Shown here: piece by piece, positions 47,641 through 62,359 of the stretch
How the letters are laid out: each line of letters starts with the position of its first letter
Numbering within the stretch: position 1 is the first letter of the stretch
Source: Smutsia gigantea
Taxonomy: Eukaryota
Length of the DNA: 64,000 nucleotides
Assembly: GCA_032199065.1 (NCBI GenBank)
Contig: JAVSCE010011590.1
Span: 236,551 to 300,550 of the forward strand
Direction of reading: 5' to 3'
Program-made: the position numbers and the translations under genes
Notes under the pieces: model-generated
What the model saw: only the letters and a program-made list of their open reading frames with translations
Told to the model about the DNA's origin: nothing
Databases searched by the model: none

Positions 47641-50538
47641 AGATGTATTCTGAAGGCAAAAAAGTTAATGAGATTTGATGAACTGGAGATGAAAAAGAGG
47701 TGTCAAATACCAAGGTGCTTTGAAATGAACAACTAGGATAGAGCTGTCATTAACTGAAATAGGAAAGCCCGCAGTAGTAAGTTTGGGAAAAAAGTTCAAT
47801 TCTGTGTATGTTAAATTTGAGATGCCTATTAAGTATCCAAGTTGAGAATCCAAACAGGAGCTAGATATTCAGGACAGTAGTCTGGGTTAGAGCTAAAATA
47901 TTGAGAGTCATCCCCACTAACAAGATTTTAGTAAGACTGGATGAAATCACTGCACATACATGTGTAACTAGAGCAGCAGTCCGCGGACTGAACTCTAGAA
48001 AGTGAATAGACTGTGAGACATGGCGAAACCAGCAAGGGAGACTAAGAAAGAGCAGTCAGTAAGCTAGGAGGCAAACCAGAGAACAGGTCCTAAAGCCAAA
48101 CAAAGAAAATGTTTCAAAAGGAGGTATGTCAAATGCTGCTGACAGCCTGTGTAAGATGAAGCAGAATATGCCATTTGATTTAGATATGTGCAAGTCATTG
48201 GTGACCATGATAAGAACAGTCTTGGTGGGATGGACTTAATAGGGAACTGGTGGAGAGAACTGGAGACAACTCTAAGATATTTTGCTGTAAAATGGAGTAA
48301 AAAAATAGGAAGCAATTGGAAGGGGAAATGGGAGCAAGAGCGGCTTATATGCCTGTGAAATGAGAAAAATGATGGCATTATTTGTGTGATGATAGGAAAA
48401 TCCAGGAAAGAAAGGGAAATATTGACTCTGTTGAAAAGGAGGATGAACTGTTGAGAGATGTCCTTAAAAGCTAGAGGATGGGATCTACTGTACAGATGTT
48501 TGCACAGGAGCATGGAGTTTGTTTATAACAGGGTTTCACAACCTTGACACTAACAATTTAGCCTAGATAATTCTTTGTTGTGGGGGAAGGTTCTGTGCAC
48601 TGAATGTTATTTCGCAGCATCCACGGCCTCTACCAAGTAACACTGCCTCCCAGCTGTGTCAACCAAACGTCCTCGGGGAACAGAATCACTCCCAGTTGAG
48701 AAACACTGGCATACAGTAACAGGAGGAGAAGCGGGGCACATGGGTATGAATGCTAAAAAGTGATTAGATGTAGTGATGGGAATTTGTGGAATATTTTTTT
48801 CTTGCTTTTATTTTCTCACTAAATTAAGGACCCAAGTAGGAGTGAGAATGGGGAGAGATGTTGGAGATTTGAGGGGTCAGGAGGTATGAAACAAGTTACA
48901 GGAAAAGATGGTGAATGAAAGAATTAGGGAATATTGCTAGGTAACATAAAAGACACACTTAAGTTGCATGGTAAATTTAAAGCCAGCTACGTCAGCTGCT
49001 TTCGCTAGCCCTTTCAGCTGCATGGGTCTAGGCATAAACTACGTCAAAAATTGAGTATGACAAAAGCAAGAGAGAGGCAAGGGAGATGAGGTGTGTGTGG
49101 TTAAAGTGCTCATGACTGGAATTTAGCTGGAGGAGGGAAATGAAGACATGTGGGGGATAAGGGTCAGAAGAAAGGAAATCAATGGACTGTAAGTCCCAGT
49201 GAAGGGATGAACTATTTGATTCAGTGCACTGAAGGGAGGGCACTGGGAAGACAGGAGGTAATGGTGACAGAGTGGGGTGCTTGGGACTGAGATACGGAGG
49301 AGTTGTAGGTCCCGAACAGGCCCAAGGGATTGAGTGGCTGAAGTGGGGGTGGAGGACAAGACCACACCAAGATCACAGGAGAAGCGAAGACTTAAGAGAC
49401 CAGAGCATCAGAAGGATGATGCAGAGGGGTACTGAAATCACGGCCACCGCTAGAGGCACTGGGAGAAGCAGAGACCTCAGGAGTAACCAGGGCTCTGAGC
49501 AAGAATGTGAAGAGAACATGCAGAGAAAGGTGGAGGATACAGGGAATTGTGCTAATTGAAAGTTGGTGAATACAGGGAATTTTGCTAATTGCCTGTTAGT
49601 TTCAGAGAGCACAGAAGAACTTCAGGTGTTGGAAGAGGAAGGTGGATGGAGAGTAATGGTTACTGAAGTGTAAAAGATGAGAAGTGACTTGGTAGTTCGG
49701 GACGTCTTGTGGTGGGCATGATGAGACTGGTTCTGGCAGTCATGGTGGGAAGGATGGAGTCCCCCTCAAGCCCGCCAATGAAGTGTTCGTAGGAGACGTA
49801 GGAGTCAGTGTATGGAAGAGAAACAGTTCTACTCTTGAGTTACAAATTAATACAAAATTAGAGGTGGCTCCAGCCCATTTTGAGGGAAGTCCTGAGTACT
49901 TACCTCAAAGAATTTAAATGAGATGATGAATGTAAAGCAGTTAGCACAAGGTCTGATACTAAAATTATATTAGTTATGATACTACTGTTATGAAGCGGAT
50001 GTTAGAAGAGTACATGAGATATCCACTCAATCTCAGCTCCAGAGCAACAGCCCCCAAGGCGACATGCAGTCAGCCAAGGTGCGGCTCTGACTCCTGCCTC
50101 CAGAGCCATTCACCCCAGCAGCAAGAATTTATCCAGGGAGAACTTTGTATTACTCTTGCACAACACAAGTCTATTAACAACATACGAAACCAAAATTATT
50201 TTATTGCTGAGTCAACTTGAGGTTCAAGTGGATGGGAAACGGGAGTCCCTAGCCTTGCCAGGGCTCCCATGTCAGCATAGAGATTAAGGCCCAGGGCCCC
50301 TGAGGCTCCACCAAGGGCATTACTATCCACTCTGATCCTGACAATCTCGTTAATCCCTCCAGGTCACTTCTACTTCGTCTGTCCGATACCTGTAAAAAGA
50401 ACAGGAAAAACTTGGTGGACAGCTATCCCTTGGCATCTTCCATTCTTCTCACCACTCATGAATCTGGACCCTCTTTCCTGCTGACTTTCTGCCTACCTCC
50501 CATATAACCCTATCCAACCCTTTCCAGGGGGATGTTCA

Positions 50539-50736
<198 letters not shown>

Positions 50737-50739
50737 TCA

Positions 50740-50844
<105 letters not shown>

Positions 50845-51030
50845 TTAGTTTTGGCCATTTCCCCATGGCTGGGCTGTACACTACATGTGCATTTACTTAG
50901 GAAAATGAAGTGGAGGTGTAGGGGGCAAAGACTGGGAAGCAAAAACTAGTATTTCTCAAAGCCCTTAGAGATCCAGAATATCAAGAGGAAGGTGCCCATG
51001 CCCAAGAATAGGGAGGAAGAGCACAGCTCA

Positions 51031-51249
<219 letters not shown>

Positions 51250-54200
51250 TCAGGAGTACACTTGCCTGTGGCCAGCATCCGCTGGGCTGCATCCTATGAT
51301 TAAAGAGAAAGCAAACAGATAAAATAATGAATAGTAGACTCTTCTCCTGAAGCCAGGTCAAAAGAGCGACGGGACCACTGCTAATTTCAGGAAAAAACCC
51401 ATTATTGTAGAACCACTGCTGACTCTGAGGCCAGTGCAATTGTGGTGTGTCTTTCACCACGTTCTGGGCAGCTTGTCAGCAAACCACACGTGCCAAATGA
51501 GGCAGGAAAATCAACTGAAAGGCTGTCAGCCAGCTTTCCAGTATGCAAAAGTTGAAGGTTAACTGGGGAAAAAAGGCTCCTAGGAAGTTCACTAACAAGG
51601 AATAAATAGTTTGGTGGGCACAAGGTTTAAGCAGCAGAAACTCATTTTCTCATAGTTCTAGACGCTACAAGTCCAAAATCAAAGTTCCAGCTGATTTGAC
51701 TTCAGATAATCATCATAGTTCTGTATGCAGAAGAAGTGCTTTGAAGGACTGGATTAAAGATGGCAGCATGAGAGGTGAGACAGAGACCTCCTCCTAAAAG
51801 CACATATAATATGAAAATATAATTTAATACAACTAATCCTGAAAGAGCAACAGGAAAGAAGGCTGCATCAGACTGCATACACCCAGAAAAAAAAGAGCAG
51901 ACCTAACGGAACAGGGTAACGTACCAAAGCTGTGACCCGGCGAGGCCCAAGCCCTTTCCCTACCCCAGCTCACTAGCAAGAGGAAGAGAAACAGAGCAGG
52001 CAGGGAGTGGAGGCCTGGGGCCGCTGAACACCTAGCCCCAGAGATCTGCTCTGGGAGCATGAACCTACACTGCATGGTGCTATGGTGATTTAGTGTGGTT
52101 GGAAAGCTAAGACAGGCAGAATACCTGGAAAGATGGAGATTCCAGGTGCTTGTGGAAAATGGATTCATGTCTGGCTGATCTGGGTGGGCAGTCTGAGAGA
52201 CTTCCTAAAAGCGAGAGGGCTGCTAAAGGGGCAAGGATTGCACAGAGCTTAATGCTCAGGAGAAAGGACAGGTAGACAAAACAGTCTGGGTGCACTGTGC
52301 CCAGCAGGTTGGGAGCTTAAACGATCTTCAGGGGCTCCATCCCACTGGCTGGCTATGCAGCTCCAAGGCCCCCCACCATGATACGCAGCCTGCTGTGTCT
52401 TCCTCCCGGCTAGACTGTACCTGGATCAGGCTCGCAAACCGGCAACCCCTGCCCAGGCGTCAGGCCAGACAGAGGGAAGCCCCACCTATGGCAGCTACAA
52501 ACACAAAGCATAGAGGCTTACACCCGTGTGTTCAGCCCACTGGTTCTGGCAGTGTGGACAGGCATAGCAGCTGGGAAGCAGGAAATAGCTCTTTCCTCCC
52601 CCCAAGCACCAACACCGCTCCCCTGTGACCACCAACATTGCTCCAGGGGCTGAGCAGCTCCAGAAAGTAGAGCTTCTGGGCACTAAAGGGCACCACAGAC
52701 AAATTATGAAACGTCAAAGGAACCTGGTTCAAAGCAAAATTATGAACACACCTGAGAAAGATTCAAAGAAAATCAACCTCATGAATCTGTCTGAAAGAGA
52801 TTTCAAAATAAAAATCATTAACATGCTCATGGAGGTACAGAAAAATATTCAAGAACTCAGGAACGAATTTAGGATGGAGATCCAATCATTGAAGAACACA
52901 ATGGAGGGTATTAAAAGCAGATTAGATATGGTGGAGGAGACGATAAATAAAATAGAAATTAGGAAAGAGGAATACAAGGAAGCTGAGGCGCAGAGAGAAA
53001 AAAGGATCTCTAAGAATGAAAGAATATTGAGAAGAACTCTGTGACCAATCCAAGTGGAACAATATTCGTATTATAGGGGTACCAGGAGAAGAAGAGAGAG
53101 AGAGAGAGAAATTGTCTTTGAGTAAGTAATTGCTGAAAACTTCCCCAATATGGGGAAGAATATAGTCTCTCAGGCCATGAAAGTGCACAGATCTCCCAAC
53201 ACAACACCAAGACATATAATAATTAAAATGGCAAAGATTAAGGATAAATAAGGACAAACTATTAAAAGCAGCTAGAGAGAGAAATAAGATCACAAAATAG
53301 AAAACCCATCAGGCTATCAGCAGAAATCTTACAGGCCAGAAGGGAGTCGCATGATGTATTTAATGCAATGAAGCAGAAGGGCCTTGAACCAAGAATACTT
53401 TATCCGGCAAGATTATCATTTAAATTTGAAGGAGGGATTAAACAATTTTCAGATAAGCAAAACCTGAGAATTTACCTCCCACAAACCATCTCGACAGTGT
53501 ATTTTGGAGGGACTGCTATAGATAGAAGTTCCTAAGGTTAAATAGCTGTCACCAGAGGTGATACAAAGGGTTAGACAAAGAGTACAGAATATGATACCTA
53601 ATATATAAAGAATGGAAGAGGAAAAAAGAACTTTAAATGGTGTTACCACAAATCTAAAGCCTGCAATGGCAATAAGTACATACCTATCAATAATCACCCT
53701 AAATGTAAATGGTCTGAATGCACCAATCAAGACACAGAGTCACTGAATGGATTAAAAAACTGTATGCTGCCTACAAGAGACTCACCTCAAACCCAAAGAC
53801 ATAAAAAACCTAAAAGTGAAGGGATGGAAAAAGATATTTCATGAAACTAATAGGGAGAAAAAAGCAGCTGTTGCAGTACTTGTAACAGACAAAACCGACT
53901 TAAAAACAAAGAAAGTCACAAGAGACAAAGAAAGACATTACATAATGATAAAGGGGTCAATCCAATAAGACGAAATAACCATTATAAATATCTTAGCACC
54001 CAACACAGAAGCACCTACATATGTGGAACAAATAGTAACAGAATTAAAAGGGAAAATAGAATGTAATGCATTCATCCTAGAAGACTTGAACACTCCCCTC
54101 ACACCAAATGACAGATCAACCAGACAGAAAGTAAGTAAGGAGACAGAGGCATTGAACAACACATTAGAACAGATGGACCTAACAGGCATCTACAGAACAC

Positions 54201-56805
54201 TCCATCCAAAAGAAGAGGATACACATTCTTCTCAAGTGCACATGGATCATTTTCAAGAATAGACCACATACTAGGCCATAAAAAGAGCCTTGGTAAATTC
54301 AGAAAGATTGAAATTGTAACAACCAACTTCTCAGATGACAAGGGTATAAAACTAGAAATAAATTGTACAAAGAAAACAAAAAGGCTCACAAACACATGGA
54401 GGCTTAACAACATGCTCCTAAATAATCAATGGATCAATGACCAAATTAAAACAGAGATCAAGCAATATATGGAGACAAATGAAAACAACAGCACAATGCC
54501 CCAACTTCTGTGGAATGCAGCCAAGGCAGTGCTAAGAGGGAAGTATGTTCCAATACAGGCCTACCCCAGGAAAGAAGAAAATCCCATATGAACAGTCTAT
54601 ACTCACAATTAGTGAAACTAGAAAAAGAAGAACAAATGAGGCCCAAAGTCAGCAGAAGGAGGGACATAATAAAGATTAGGGCATAAATAAATAAAATTGA
54701 GAAGAATAAAACCATAGAAATAATCGATGAAAGCAGGAGCTGGTTTTTCGAGAAAATAAACAAAACAGATAAACCCCTAGCCAGACTTATCAAGAAAAAA
54801 AGAGAGTCTACACACATAAACAGAATCAGAAATGAGAAAGGAAAAATCACAACAGTTACCACAGAAATACAAAGAATTATTAGAGAATACTATGAAAAAT
54901 TATATGCTAACAAACTGGATAACCTAGAAGAAATGGACAACTTTCTAGAAAAATACAACCTTCCAAGGCTGACCCAGAAAGAAACAGAAAATCTGAGATC
55001 AATTACCAGCAACGAAATTAAACTGGTAATCAAAAAACTACCTAAGAACAAAACACATGGACCAGATGGCTTCACCACTGAATTTCATCAAACATTTAGT
55101 GAAGATCTAATACCTATCCTCCTTAAAGTTTTCCAAAAAGTAGAAGAGGAAGGAATACTTTCAAATACATTCTATGAGGCCAGCATCACCCTAACACCAA
55201 AACCAGGCAAAGACACCACAAAAAAAGAGAATTACAGACCAATATTCCTGATGAACATAGATGCAAAAATACTCAACAAAATATTAGCAAACCAAATTCA
55301 AAAATACATCAAGAGGATCATACACCATGATGAAGTGGGATTCATCCCAGGGATGCAAGGATGGTACAACATTCGAAAATCCATCATCATCCACCACAAC
55401 AGCAAAAAGGACAAAAACCACATGATCATCTCCATAGATGCTGAAAAAGCATTCGAGAAAATTCAACATCCATTCATGATAAAAACTCTCAACAAAATGG
55501 GTATAGAGGGCAAGTACTTCAACATAATAAAGGCCATATATGACAAACCCACAGCTAATATCATACTTAACAGTGAGAAGCTAAAGTATTTCCTCTAAGA
55601 TTGGGAACAAGACAACGATGCCCACTCTCCCCGCTTTTATTCAACATAGTACTGGAGGTCCTAGCCACGGCAATCAGACAATACAAAGAAATAAAAGGCA
55701 TACAGATTGGTAAGGAAGAAGTCAAAACTGTCACTGTTTGCAGATGACATGATACTGTACATAAAAAACCCTAAAGAACCCACTCCAAAACTACTAGAAC
55801 TAATATCGGAATTCAGCAAAGTTGCTGGATACAAAATTAATACACAGAAATCTGTTGTATTGCTATACACTAATGATTAACTAGCAGAAAGATAATCAGG
55901 AAAACAATTCCATTCACAATTGCATCAAAAAGAATAAAATACCAAGGGGTAAACCTAACCAGGGAAGAGAATGACCTATACCCTGAAAACAACAAGACAC
56001 TCCTTAGAGAAATTAAAGAGGACACTAAAAATGGAAATACATCCGATGCTCTTGGGTAGGAAGAATTAATATTGTTAAAATGGCCATCCTGAGGACTTCC
56101 AGGAAGATGGCGGCATGAGCAGGGCAGCAGAAATCTCCTCCCAACACTATATTTATCTACGAAAATACAGCAAATACATCTACTCCTAAAAGAGAGACCA
56201 GAATACACAGGAAAGCGCACAGTGTGCAGCTACACCCGAGAGGACTCGGCACCACAAGAGGCGGGTAAGATACGGAGCTGCGACCCGGCGGGACCCGAGC
56301 ACTCACGCACCCCAGCGCACCAGTGGGAGGAGAGGATTCAGAGGAGGGAGGGAGTGGAAGTACACCCCGTGAAGTAGCCAGCCCCGGTGATCTGTGCGGG
56401 GAGCGCTGACCCACATTGCGCAGTGTAGCGGAGATTGGAGAGACAGAGGGGCAGAATCTGAGCGGGGAACGCGCCAGGGTGCTCGCGGTCGGCTCCCAGG
56501 AAGGGAAAAAAAAAGCGTGCACTTTCTTCAGCGGTCTTAAAGAGACAGGAGCCCAGCGGAGGAGCCGGATCACCCCGGCACACTCAGCCCAGCAGGCTGG
56601 GAGTCTTGGAGAGTTTCAGATGCCTTAGCTGGCGACTGGGGAAGCGTAGCCATACTTACACTTCTCACTAAGATCAACAGCCTCCCATTCGTTCCCACCC
56701 CGGCCAGAGCGATAAAGGGCCCTGCGGAGCGGCACAGTCAAAGCTGCGGAATAGTGGGGCAACAGCACCACCTACAGCATCCCCACAGAATCTACCCCCG
56801 GTGGG

Positions 56806-56912
56806 TGTTTTTTTTGTTTTGTTCTGTTTTTTTTTGGTTTTCTTTTTTGTTTTTTCTTTTCTTTCTTTTTGACTTTCTTTCCTTCTTTTTTTTTCTCTTT
56901 TTAAAGTCTTAA
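56806..56912 (+). repeat. T-rich, (TTTTC/TTTG)n-like low-complexity block inside the L1-D 5'UTR, immediately upstream of ORF1.
   Basis: gtgggtgttttttttgttttgttctgtttttttttggttttcttttttgttttttcttttctttctttttgactttctttccttctttttttttctctttttaaag. Confidence 0.8.
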
Positions 56913-56930
56913 AGAGCCCAGCTGACATAT

Positions 56931-57764
56931 GTGGCAACTACCAGCGACACTTCTAGAGCCGTGAAAAGAAAGAGTAATATGGTTCAGACCAAAATAAAAC
57001 AGACAACCCCAGAGAGGAAGTCTGAAGGGATGGAAATGCACAGTCTTCCTGAAAAAGAATTCAGAATAAAAGTCATAACCATGCTGATGGACCTACAGAG
57101 AAATGTGCAAGAGCTGAGGGAGGAAGTGAGGGAACTGAGGAAAGACAATACAGAAATCAGACAAGCGATCGACGGGCTTAACAGCAGAATGGATGAGATG
57201 CGAGAGACTGTTAATGGAATAGAAAACAGAGAACAGGAGTACAGAGCAGCTGAGGCAGAGAGAGATAAAAGGATTTCTAGGAATGAAAGAATATTAAGAG
57301 AACTGTGTGACCAATCCAAATGGAACAATATTCACATTATAGCAGTACCAGAGGAAGAAGAGAGAGAAAAAGGGATAGAAAGTGTCTTTGAAGAAATAAT
57401 TGCTGAAAACTTTCCCTCGCTGGGGAAGGAAGTAGTCTCGCAGTCCACTGAAGCTCACAGATCTCCCAACACAAGGGACCCAAGGAAGACAACACCAAGA
57501 CACATAATAATTAAGATGGCAAAGATCAAAGATAAAGACAGGGTATTAAAGGCAGCTAGAGAGAGAAAAAAGATCACCTGCAAAGGAAAACCCATCAGAC
57601 TATCATCAGACTTCTCAACAGAAACCTTACAGGCCAGAAGAGAATGGCATGATATATTTAACGTTATGAAACAGAAGGGCCTCGAACCAAGAATATTGTA
57701 TCCAGCACGATTATCATTTAAATATGATGGAGGATTAAACAATTTCCAGATAAACGAAAGTTAA
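56931..57764 (+). CDS. L1-D ORF1, intact at 277 aa.
   Basis: Track ORF 56931-57764: MATTSDTSRAVKRKSNMVQTKIKQTTPERKSEGMEMHSLPEKEFRIKVITMLMDLQRNVQELREEVRELRKDNTEIRQAIDGLNSRMDEM...RILRELCDQSKWNNIHIIAVPEEEEREKGIESVFEEIIAENFPSLGKEV...MAKIKDKDRVLKAARERKKITCKGKPIRLSSDFSTETLQARREWHDIFNVMKQKGLEPRILYPARLSFKYDGG. Confidence 0.85.
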   Translation: MATTSDTSRAVKRKSNMVQTKIKQTTPERKSEGMEMHSLPEKEFRIKVITMLMDLQRNVQELREEVRELRKDNTEIRQAIDGLNSRMDEMRETVNGIENREQEYRAAEAERDKRISRNERILRELCDQSKWNNIHIIAVPEEEEREKGIESVFEEIIAENFPSLGKEVVSQSTEAHRSPNTRDPRKTTPRHIIIKMAKIKDKDRVLKAARERKKITCKGKPIRLSSDFSTETLQARREWHDIFNVMKQKGLEPRILYPARLSFKYDGGLNNFQINES

Positions 57765-60700
57765 GAGAGTTTGCCTCTCATAAACCACCACTACAGGATA
57801 TCTTAAATGGACTGCTCTAGATGGAAGCACACCTAAGGCTAAAAAGATGTCACCAGAGAAAATAAAATCATAGCAAAGAAAGCAGACCATCCAAATACTA
57901 ACTAAAGGCAAAGAATAAAACACCTATTATAGAAAGAATGGAGGAGGACGAATAAGAAGGGAGAGAAATAAAGAAACATCAGACTGTGTTTACAATAACT
58001 TAACAAGAAAGTTAAGTTAGATTGTTAGATAGTAAAGAAGCAACCCTTGAACCCTTGGTAACCACGAATCTAAAGCCAGCAATGGCAATAAGGACATATC
58101 TATCAATAATCACCCTAAATGTAAATGGACTGAATGCACCAATCAAAAGACACAGAGTAACAGAATGGATAAAAAGCAAGACCCATCTATATGCTGCCTA
58201 CAAGAAACTCACCTCAAATCCAAAGATATACACAGACTAAAAGTGAAGGGATGGAAAAAGATATTTCATGCAAACAACAAAGAGAAAAAAGCAGGTGTTG
58301 CAGTACTTGTATCAGACAAAATAGACTTCAAAACGAAGAAAGTAACAAAAGATAAAGAAGGACACTACATAATGATAAAGGGGTCAGTCAAACAAGAAGA
58401 TATAACCATTATAAATATATATGCACCCAACACAGGAGCGCCAGCATATGTGAGACAAATACTAACAGAATTAAAGGAGGATATAGACAGCAATGCATTC
58501 ATTTTAGGAGACTTCAATACACCACTCACTCCAGAGGACAGATCAACCAGACAGAAAATAAGTAAAGACACAGAGGCACTGAACAACACACTAGAACAGA
58601 TGGACCTAACAGACATCTACAGAACTCTACACCCAAAGCAACAGGATACACATTCTTCTCAAGTGCACATGGAACATTTTCCAGAATAGACCACATACTA
58701 GGCCACAAAAAGAACCTCAGTAATTTCAAAAATATTGAAATCCTACCAACCAACTTCTCAGATCACCAAGGTATAAAACTAGAAATAAATTTTAGAAAGA
58801 AATCAAAAAGGCTCACAAATACATGGAGACTTAACAACACTCTCCTAATTAATCAATGGGTTAACGACCAAATCAAAACAGAAATCAAAGAATATATGGA
58901 GACTAATGACAACAACAACACAAAGCCACAACTTCTGTGGGACGCAGCAAAGGCAGTTTTAAGAGGAAAGTATATTGCAATCCAGGCTATTTAAAGAGGG
59001 AAGAACATTCCCAAATGAATAGTCTAAAGACACAATTACTGAAATTGGAAAAAAAAGAACAAATGAGGCCCAAATTCACCAGAAGGAGGGACATAATAAA
59101 GATCAGAGAAGAAATAAATAAAATTGAGAAGAATAAAACAATAGAAAAAAATCAATGAAACCAAGAGCTGGTTCTTTGAAAAAATAAACAAAATAGATAA
59201 ACCCCTAGCCAGACTCATTAAGAGAAAAAGAGAATCTAAACACGTAAACACAATCAGAAATGAGAAAGGAAAAATAACGATGGACCCCACAGAAATATGA
59301 AGACTTATAAGAGAATATTATGAGAATCTATATGCTAGCAAGCTGGAAAACCTAGAAGAAATGGACAACTTCTTAGAAAAATACAACCTTCAAAACTGAC
59401 CAAACAAGAAACAGAAAAACTAAACAGACCAATCACCAGCAATGAAATTGAATCGGTAATCAAAAAACTACCCAGGAAAAAAACCCCTGGACAGATGGAT
59501 TCACCTCTGAATTCTACCAGACATATAGAGAAGAAATAACACCCATTCCCCTTAAAGTTCTCCAATAGAAGAGGAGGGAATACTTCCAAATTCATTCTAT
59601 GAAGCCAGCATCACTCTAATACCAAAACCGGGCAAAGACCTCACCAAAAAAGAAAACTATAGACCAATATCCCTGATGAAAGTGGATGCAAAAATACTCA
59701 ACAAAATATTAGCTAACCAAATTCAAAAATACATCAAGAGGGTCATACACCATGATCAAGTGGGATTCATCCCAGGGATGCAAGGATGGCACAACATTCG
59801 AAAAACCATCAACATCATCCACCACATCAACAAAAAGAAGAACATAAACCACATGATCATCTCCATAGATGCTGAAAAAGCATTTGACAAAATTCAGCAT
59901 CCATTCCTGATTAAAACTCTCAACAAAATGGGTATGGATGGCAAGTACCTCAACATCATAAAGGCCATATATGACAAACCCACAGCTAACATCATACTTA
60001 ACGGCGAGATGCTGAAAGCTTTTCATCTAAGATCAGGAACAAGACAGGGATGCCCACTCTCTCCACTGTTATTCAACATAGTACTGGAGGTCCTAGCCAC
60101 AGCAATCAGACAAAACAAAGACATACAAGGCATCCAGATTGGTAAAGAAGAAGTCAAATTGTCACTATTTGCAGATGACATGATACTGTACATAAAAAAC
60201 CCTAAAGATTCCATTCCAAAACTACTAGAACTAATGTCTGAATTCAGCAAAGTTGCAGGATACAAAATTAACACACAGAAATCTGTTGCTTTCCTATACA
60301 CTAATGATGAACTAACAGAAAGAGAAATCAGAAAAACAATTCCATTCACAATTGCATCAAAAAGAATAAAATAGCTAGGAATAAACCTAACAAAGGAAGT
60401 GAAAGTCCTGTACTCTGAAAACTACAAGACACTCCTAAGAGAAATTAAAGAGGACACTAACAAATGGAAATGCATCCCATGCTCTTGGCTAGGAAGAATA
60501 AATATTGTCAAAAAAGCTATACTACCTAAAGCAATCTACAGATTCAATAAAATCCCTGTCAAACTACCAACAGCTTTCTTCAATGAACTGGAACAAATAA
60601 TTCTAAAATTCATATGGAACCACAAAAGACTCCAAATAGCCAAAGCAATCCTGAGAAGGAGGAATAAAACAGGGGGAATTACGCTCGCTGACTTCAAGCT

Positions 60701-62260
60701 CTACTACAAAGCCACAGTAATCAAGACAATTTGGTATTGGCACAAAAACAGACCGACAGACCAGTGGAACAGAATAGAAAATCCAAACATTAACCCAAAC
60801 ATATATAGTCAATTAATATTTGATAAAGGAGCCTTGGATATACAACGGGGATATGACAGCCTCTTCAGCAGCTGGTGTTGGAAAAACTGGACAGCTACAT
60901 GTAAGAGAATGAAACTGGATTACTGTCTAACCCCATACACAAAGGTAAACTCAAGGTGGATCGTGGATCAGAGACCTGAATGTAAGTCATGAAACCATAA
61001 AACTCTTAGAAAATAACATCGGCAAAAATCTCTTGGACATAAACATGAACAACCTCTTCATGAACATATCTACCCGGCCAAGTGAAACAAAAGCAAAAAT
61101 GAACAAGTGGAACTATATCAAGCTGAAAAGCTTCTGTACAGCAAAGAACACCATCAGTAGAACAAAAAGAGATCCTATGGTATGGGAGAATATATTCATA
61201 AATGTATCCGATAAGGGGTTTACATCCAAAATATATAAAGAACTCATGCACCTTAACAAACAAAAAGCAAATAATCCAATTAAGAAATGGGCAGAGGACA
61301 TGAATAGACACTTCTCCAAAGAAGAAATTCAGATGTCCAACAGGCACATGAAAGGATGCTCCACATCACTAATCATCAGGGAAATGCAGATTAAAACCAC
61401 AATGAGATATCACCTCACACCAGTGAGGATGGCCAACACCCAAAACACAAACAAGAACAAATGTTGGCGAGGATGTGGAGAAAAGGGAACCCTCCTACAC
61501 TGCTGGTGGGAATGCAAATTAGTTCAACCAATCTGGAAAGCAGTATGGAGGTTCCTCAAAAAACTGAAAATAGAAATATCATTTGACCCAGGAATTCCAC
61601 TCCAAGGAATTTACCCTAAGAATGCAGCAGCCCAATTTGAAAAAGACAGATGCACCCCTATGTTTATCGCAGCACTATTTACAATAGCCAAGAAATGGAA
61701 GCAACCTAAGTGTCCATCAGTAGATGAATGGATAAAGAAGAGGTGGTACATATACACAATGGAATATTATTCAGCCATAAGAAGAAAACAAATCCTACCA
61801 TTTGCAACAACATGGATGGAGCTAGAGGGTATTATGCTCAGTGAAATAAGCCAAGCCGAAAAAGACAAGTATCAAATGATTTCACTCATATGTGGAGTAT
61901 AAGAACAAAGAAAAAATACTGAAGGAACAAAACAGCAGCAGACTCACAGAACCCAAGAACGGACTAATAGTTACCAAAGGGAAAGGGACTGGGGAAAATG
62001 GGTGGGAAGGGAAGGATAAGAGGGAAAAAGGGGCATTACGATTAGCAGATGTAATGTTGCAGGGAGCACAGGGGAGGGCTGTAGAACTCAGAGAAGACAA
62101 GTAGTGATTCTGTAGCATCTCACTACGCTGATGGACAGTGACTGTAATGGGGTTGGTGGGGGTGACCTGATGAAGGGGTAGTTTAATAACCATAATATTG
62201 CACATGTAGGTGTAGATTAATGATACCAAAATAAATTATATTTAAAAAAATGGCCATCCT

Positions 62261-62359
62261 ACTTGATAATATGGATAAGTGTAGTAACCACATTGTTTTT
62301 TCATGTGAAACCTTCATAAGAGTGTAAATCAATGATACTTTAATAAAAAATTAAGAAAA
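62261..62359 (+). mobile_element. Tiny 5'-truncated L1 insertion (about 99 bp of 3' terminus plus poly-A) at the same target site as L1-D. It is bounded by the second and third copies of aaaatggccatcct.
   Basis: acttgataatatggataagtgtagtaaccacattgttttttcatgtgaaaccttcataagagtgtaaatcaatgatactttaataaaaaattaagaaaaaaaa is the older-type L1 3' terminus, not the L1-D type. Confidence 0.7.

Larger units (their letters stand above)
56092..62246 (+). mobile_element. Younger full-length LINE-1 (L1-D, about 6.15 kb) nested in the L1-C ORF2, with a 15-bp TSD aaaatggccatcctg (56077-56091, repeated at 62247-62260 and 62360-62374). It has a distinct CpG-rich 5'UTR (56092-56930) and an intact ORF1; ORF2 (58022-61902) is broken into 6 or more frame pieces. 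The 3' terminus differs from the older L1s.
   Basis: 5'UTR: aggacttccaggaagatggcggcatgagcagggcagcag...ccgagaggactcggcaccacaagaggcgggtaagatacggagctgcgacccggcgggacccgagcactcacg. ORF2 pieces are at 58165-58689, 59676-60374, 60399-60992 and 61033-61902. The poly-A is at 62244-62250. Confidence 0.9.
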
